Shown: positions 59,001 to 64,000 of the stretch, in pieces
Layout: each line of letters starts with the position of its first letter
How positions within the stretch are numbered: position 1 is the first letter of the stretch
NCBI GenBank assembly: GCA_025594325.1
Contig: JANHCV010000002.1
Coordinates: 992,001-1,056,000, forward strand
Reading direction: 5' to 3'
Source: Blastocladiella emersonii ATCC 22665
Taxonomy: Eukaryota; Fungi; Blastocladiomycota
Length of the DNA stretch: 64,000 nt
Program-made: the position numbers and the translations under genes
The notes under the pieces: generated by a model
Databases searched by the model: none
The model's input: only the letters and a program-made list of their open reading frames with translations
What the model was told of the DNA's origin: nothing

Positions 59001-59469
59001 CGAGCTTGACCATGTCGACAACGTACGGATCGACGAGCTGCGGGGCACGATTCGACGCCCACGCGGGGGTCTCGAGCGGCGCGAGCCCGCCCGCGGCGAG
59101 CTCGATGCGCTGGCCGGGGTCGCGGCCAATCGACTTGCCGCTGTCCCACAGCTTCCACGTGCGGAAGGCGTTGTCGATGCGGCGACGCTCATCGTCGAGG
59201 CGGCGCTGCTCGGCGCGGATACGCTCTGCGCTCTGCGACTGCAGGAACTGGCGCTCGTGCAGCTCGTTCTCGAGGCGGCGGATCACGGCGGCGGTCTTGC
59301 GCGCATGCTGGTCGTACTTGTCGGCCGAATCGATCAGCTTCTGGTGCAGCGCGTTGTTCTCGGACGACAGCCGCGCGTTCTCGCGGCGCAGGATCTGCAC
59401 GTCCGCGTCGAGCACATCGCCGTGCGGCATTTCTCGTCGGGCGCGCGCGCGAGCAATGAAGATCGGGGT
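56092..59469 (-). CDS. CEP135: Centriole/basal-body coiled-coil protein CEP135/Bld10 (5' exon unresolved)
   Basis: LRRENARLSSENNALHQKL..DQH, DPYVVDMVKLAE, LSTREAEIHRLS and LEAQIDFLQQQIQDLE resemble the CEP135 N-terminus (ENARLSRENNEL, DPYIADLLQVAD, REREIERLS, QVDFLQQANKDLE). Introns 58767-58705 and about 57412-57360. Confidence 0.8.
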
Positions 59470-59739
59470 CTAATGCAGCAAGTGGGGTGCGGGCGTCGCC
59501 TCGCTGTGCTTCATGGATTGCGTGGGGGTGCGGAGCAGCGAGCGATGGGGCCCGGTCCGCCCCTGAGAAGCCGCGGAGACGGGCCGTGCATTCTCCGGCT
59601 GCCACTCCTGTCAGCGCGCCACCATGTGGACCTGAAACTCGACGCGACGCGGCGGCCTCCAGGTCCTTGCTTGGCGAATAAAAGGTGGGGAACACGTTAA
59701 ATTGGTGTTTAAATCGCCATGCTTATCGTTCTTCAGCAC

Positions 59740-61475
59740 TTAATGGTCGCTACTCGGTCGCGCAAGCTTCTGCTGCAGGGATATGAGCCTTGCCAGCGGC
59801 GGCTCAACAGTATGGCCGCTCGCTCTCGCCGGATCGGTCACATAGGGCTGATTTTCGACTTGTGCGGGTGACAGAAACTGAGGCATCGGCATAGTAGCTG
59901 CAGTTGGATACAGCGTTGGCGGCCAGGCAGGTGAAGGTCCGCCAGGGAACGACGCCTGGGCCGCGTTGTTGAAGTACAGGGGAGCGTAGGAGATGGTTTG
60001 CGTCCCGTAAAACTGAGGATGCGCCGGACTAAACGTCGGTTGCAGCGGGTCCGGTGGCGGGTGCGCGACGCCGGATACGCCAGCTGAAGTGCGAGGCAGC
60101 GGGCCAGGCATCGTATCGCACGCATCCCGCGTGGAGCGAGTCGGAGAACGGGACCGTGACCGCGTACGGCGATCCGAGGTCCGAAGCGACGATGATCCGG
60201 AATCACGGTTTGGCGATCGCCCAGGCGATCGCGCACGCGTCGAGGAGCGTCGTGTACGGTCTCGACTACGCGACCGCGAGCGCTCCCATGAAGAACGTGG
60301 TCGCGCCCGTGACGGGGATTGCCTGCGTGGGCGTGAAAGCGAACGCGAGCGGGAGCGAGAACGCGAGCGGGGTCGGCCACGACGCGACCCGCTCCGAGCA
60401 CGACCACGCGCGGGAGAGCGAGACCGCGACCGTACGCGAGCGCGGTGCTTCGATCGACGCAAAGAAGCGGGCGATTCGCGCTTAGAGTCACGAGCGACCA
60501 ACGACGCGGGCCCATCCCGGTTTGAAGACGACATCACCCACTTTGGGAGATAGTTTTTCGGAATGTTGAACCGCCCACTCAGGAGCTTTTTCGAGATATT
60601 GCTACACATAGTCGCAGCAGAATAAGCCAACCGGACGCGGATTGCGACAGCAAAGTAACGTACTGGCACGACCTATCCCAAGCAAATCTGACAGAAAGCT
60701 TACACTTGTCAATCAAGCAGCCCTCTGAAAGAAGCAAGTGGTAGGCGTCCTTAGAGTCGCTGACTGCCGAAAATTCGACGAGAAACGACCGCGAGCTAGT
60801 TTGGCGAACGGGTCAGCATCAACCGCGTCAGAGAGAAATGCGATGAAACGCGTACCCCGCATGCGAGGGCTCGGTGAGCTCCTCAAAAAGATACAGTCGC
60901 CCGCGTCGGGCCAGCCTTCGTTCGAGATTTCGGTCGAGATCAGGTGGAAACCAGTCTGAAGTTGTGACCGTGATATGGAGGGAAGCACAACCATGGGCGT
61001 CGTTTGGGCGGGGTGTAAGCGATGGGGCCGCTGCGGAAGGCATGCTGTAGAAAACGATCGGCCGAGTTTGGCCGACCATCTTGCCCCTAAGCCGTTCAAA
61101 CGAGGCGATCGCTTCGTAGATGTCTCCCTAGCGAGTTTTTGCACAGCGGGGATAAGTAAGCGCGCGGATCCTCTTGGTTTTTCGTCGGGAGTAGCGTACA
61201 TAGTTCACAAAAATACAATGCTCGCCAGGCGCTCCAAGAAAGACAACGATGCGACCTGTCCCAATATATGGACGTAATTGCAGTCGAATGTCTTTTTTGC
61301 GCAAGGAATTCGGGATGCCGCGGATGCAAAATGCGCGTGCGGGCGGGAGGCTCTCGACGGTGAGCACCTCGTTCTCGTCAACCACTTCACCGGCCTCGGG
61401 TGCACGACTCAGTCCCGGACTCGTCACCGGGTCCGGAGGAGGCTCATCCATTCGTTGCATAGAGTTGGAATTCAT
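59740..61475 (-). CDS. RRM-RRM-RS protein, copy A; exons 61475-61200, 61127-60856, 60795-60664, 60601-59740 (513 aa)
   Basis: Canonical GT-AG introns give an open frame: RAFCIRGIP..CIFVNY/GDIYEAI..; SRSFLVEF..AWDRSC; long RS-dipeptide tract. Confidence 0.8.
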
Positions 61476-61771
61476 GGTAGGGCCTGGTCACGGTCGACGG
61501 TTGTGTCGACGGGGAAGCGTCCGCGCCTCGCGACGCCGGCGTGACTGCTTAGATCCCGATGCACGTGAGTCGCGTGCGACTGAGCGACGCTTTTCTTCCG
61601 CCTCGCTCGGTCGACAGCGCGAGCAGCATTTCGGGCGTGCACCGCCGTGCAAAGGCCTTTCGCTCGACAGTAAACGGGAGTTCACTCTCGCTCTGAAGAC
61701 GCTCAAGGGCGAACGATTGACTGCAGTGTGGTGCTGTGCGATGTATTCGAGTCGAACAAACACAGCGGAGA

Positions 61772-63329
61772 TCAATGGCCACGCCCGGTCCCCATCAGCC
61801 TCCGCTGCAGGGCGAGGAGCCGCGGAATGCGCAGTGCAGTGTTCTCCTCGCTCGTACCAGACAGTGAGGACGTCGCGGAAAGATCAAGAGCTTCCGCGGC
61901 GGGCGGCGGGGCAGGCAGGAGCGGCGTTGGAGCAGCAGGTGGAAGCTCCGCCGTTTGCCGGCCGAGGATGGTGCCGACTAGGTCGGAGGAAGCCGAGGCG
62001 CCGCCAGCGTCCACATGCTCCTCACGATGCGCGCGAGAGGGCGTCTGTGAGCGCGACCAACCACGATCCGAGACCTGGCTGGAAGGGGAAACTCGGTTGT
62101 TCGTGTTGGCCGACGGCCGTGTGAGCGACTGTGGTAGGGCAAGGTCCAACACCGAGTCACAACCAATTTGAGCTTGATCTCGCGAAAGCGACCGTGGGCG
62201 AGTTGGAGAGCGGGAGCGGGAGCGGGAGCGGGGCCGATTGTGATCGGACCGATCCAGGGTGCAAGCAGGACGGTGCGCGTGAACATGCGGCTGTGGCCGA
62301 GACTGTGTGGCCAGTGCGTCGGGGCCCACGGGTAGAAGAACGTCTTGCTGTTGCTTGAGGAACTGACGCGCCCACTTTGGAAGAAAGCGGTGAGGAATGT
62401 CAAAGCGTCCGCTGGTCAGTTTCTTTGAAACAAGGCTACGGTGCGTTTTACTCGAGTGAGTGAGGCTTTTCAAGCGATGGCAGTAGTGATCAAGCGGTAC
62501 TAGCAAGACCGGTCCCAAGCCCTCTCAACACGGAGCGTGCAGCGCTCCAATGTGCGCTTCCCCGTGAAAATCAGGTCGTAAGCTGTCTTGGAGTCGCTCA
62601 CTCTGCAGTAATCGACATGGAAGGACCGCGAGCTTCATTGACAAACGTCTCAGCAAATGGACGCATCGTCGAACGATAATACTGAAAGAATGTGCGCCAT
62701 TGAGATGTCAGTTCCGCAACCTCGAAGAACTCGTAGATTGGTCCAATTTCGCGCAGCCCTCGGCCAAGCACGTTAAAAAGTTCGCAAGGGAATTCGCTTG
62801 AAGTCGTCGCCGTGATACAAAGCAACGCGACGCCAGGGACATCGTCTGAGCGCGGGGTCATCAAATGAACATTAGCGCACGGCATGCTGTAGAATACGAC
62901 AAGCTTCGGTTGCCCAGCGATTGCACCCTTCACCCTCGCGAAACACTCCATGGCGATGCAAATGTCAGCCTAGGATTCACCGAAGGCACCGTCAGCGCGC
63001 ATTCATGGATCCTGCGATCAAGAAGGCTCGAGGTACTGATGGCTTACGTAGTTGACAAAGACGCAGCGCACTCCGCAGTCGGCCGTGTGCACAACGATGC
63101 GCCCCGAGCCCACATGCGGACCGAGAAACCTCATGATTTCCTCGTCGCTCGTGGAGCGCGAGAACCCACGAAAGCTGAAGGCGCGTGCAGGTGGAAGGTT
63201 CTCGATCGTGAGGACGCCGTCGTCGGCATCAGGGGCGTCGTCGCCAGCGTTTGGCCCAGGACTCGGTTTCGGTTCAGCCAACGAGATCGAAAGCGTCTTA
63301 TTCATTGGTTGCATAGAGTGTGGTTTCAT
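61772..63329 (-). CDS. RRM-RRM-RS protein, copy B; exons 63329-63048, 62969-62698, 62632-62501, 62435-61772 (449 aa)
   Basis: Exon 2 (272 nt) and exon 3 (132 nt) have the same lengths as in copy A; the motifs are colinear. Confidence 0.78.
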
Positions 63330-63526
63330 GAGCGCGAGTAAATAGTGTTTCGCGTGGAGTGGAGGTGCTTGAGTCGAGTCCAGGAGCATGTCTCAAACCG
63401 TGAACTCTGATCGACTCACGGGCGAGCGCGAGTTGTATCGGCGCGCTACGACGCGTCTCGGATCAGACGGACAGCAGCTAAGCGAGATCGAAACAACAAC
63501 GCTGATATATCTAATGAACCTCTGGC

Positions 63527-64000
63527 TCACGAGACGTGTCCAGTCCCGGCGAGCCTCCGTTGCAGGGCCAGCAACCTTGAAGGAAGCTCCTGCAATAGAG
63601 CAGGTGCTTGATTTGGATAGGACGGGCCCCGCGCGAGATGTACGAGCTCGTTCGGCAAGGCTGGTCGATGTGCAGTAGCGAGAGGCAGAGCCACCTTGGT
63701 TGAGTCGGCGGAATGCGCCGCTGGCCACGGCGCGTGCTGCTGAAGTCCTGGCCATGCGAGCGGGTAGCCGTTTGGATCAGCGTGCGAGTGCGGCTGGCTC
63801 GAGTTGCTAGAAGGAAGCAAGGAAGGTAGAAAGGGCTGAGCAGCAGCAGGGTCGGCGTGAGACGGTGTCAATGCAGGGCACAGGGACGTCGAGCGAGAGT
63901 CCTGGAGCTCGGGCGGTGCCGCGTTTGGCGCGGGAGTGCGCGCGGAAGCCGGCTCCGTCTTCGCGTCGTCGGAGGAGACCCGACGATGGCGCAAACGAGA
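63527..64000 (-). CDS. RRM-RS family copy C (3' part only; runs beyond the window)
   Basis: Ends in RLLALQRRLAGTG, like copy B (RLLALQRRLMGTG) and copy A (RLISLQQKL). Confidence 0.65.
   Translation of the reverse strand, partial: SRLRHRRVSSDDAKTEPASARTPAPNAAPPELQDSRSTSLCPALTPSHADPAAAQPFLPSLLPSSNSSQPHSHADPNGYPLAWPGLQQHAPWPAAHSADSTKVALPLATAHRPALPNELVHLARGPSYPNQAPALLQELPSRLLALQRRLAGTGHVS

Noticed and set aside
60796-60855. Apparent 1-nt frameshift producing a perfect RNP1 (GYAFIAF) in RRM copy A
   Set aside because: The segment is a canonical 60-nt intron (GTACGC..GCTGAC..CTAG). Splicing gives an exon colinear with copy B.
1-64000. tRNA, rRNA, snRNA, telomeric repeats or an intact transposase
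   Set aside because: No recognisable signatures by eye; tRNAscan-SE, Infernal and RepeatModeler would be needed to exclude them formally.

Overview
Eukaryotic, very GC-rich, gene-dense fungal DNA with short (mostly ~50-110 nt) spliceosomal introns. CEP135/Bld10, a P2X channel and an HSF-receiver Skn7 together point to a flagellated early-diverging fungus, possibly Blastocladiomycota (inference). Recognisable genes: dynein intermediate chain (partial), FIST-domain protein, VPS25, P2X receptor, Mms22-like protein, TMEM184/OST-alpha, eIF6, Rua1/DUF4451 regulator, AN1 zinc-finger protein, LMBRD2, SKN7, SIN3, an ARM+BTB protein and CEP135. Two visibly lower-GC accessory tracts (about 34.4-41.5 kb and 59.7-64 kb) carry lineage-specific and decaying paralogs. 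Highlights: (1) an intronless, lysine-free, hyper-acidic metacaspase fused to about 7 DxDxDG calcium-binding-type repeats and ending in Cys-Cys; (2) a tandem array of at least 3 divergent RRM-RRM-RS genes, with an exon missing from the ORF track; (3) a PAH1-only tandem derivative of the SIN3 gene 44 kb away, with the same intron position and a CAG>TAG stop; (4) a 20-bp motif repeated three times at gene borders in the low-GC island; (5) a P2X homolog apparently lacking the canonical ATP-binding lysines. No tRNA, rRNA, CRISPR or intact transposase was recognised. All family assignments come from motif recognition by eye; no searches were run.
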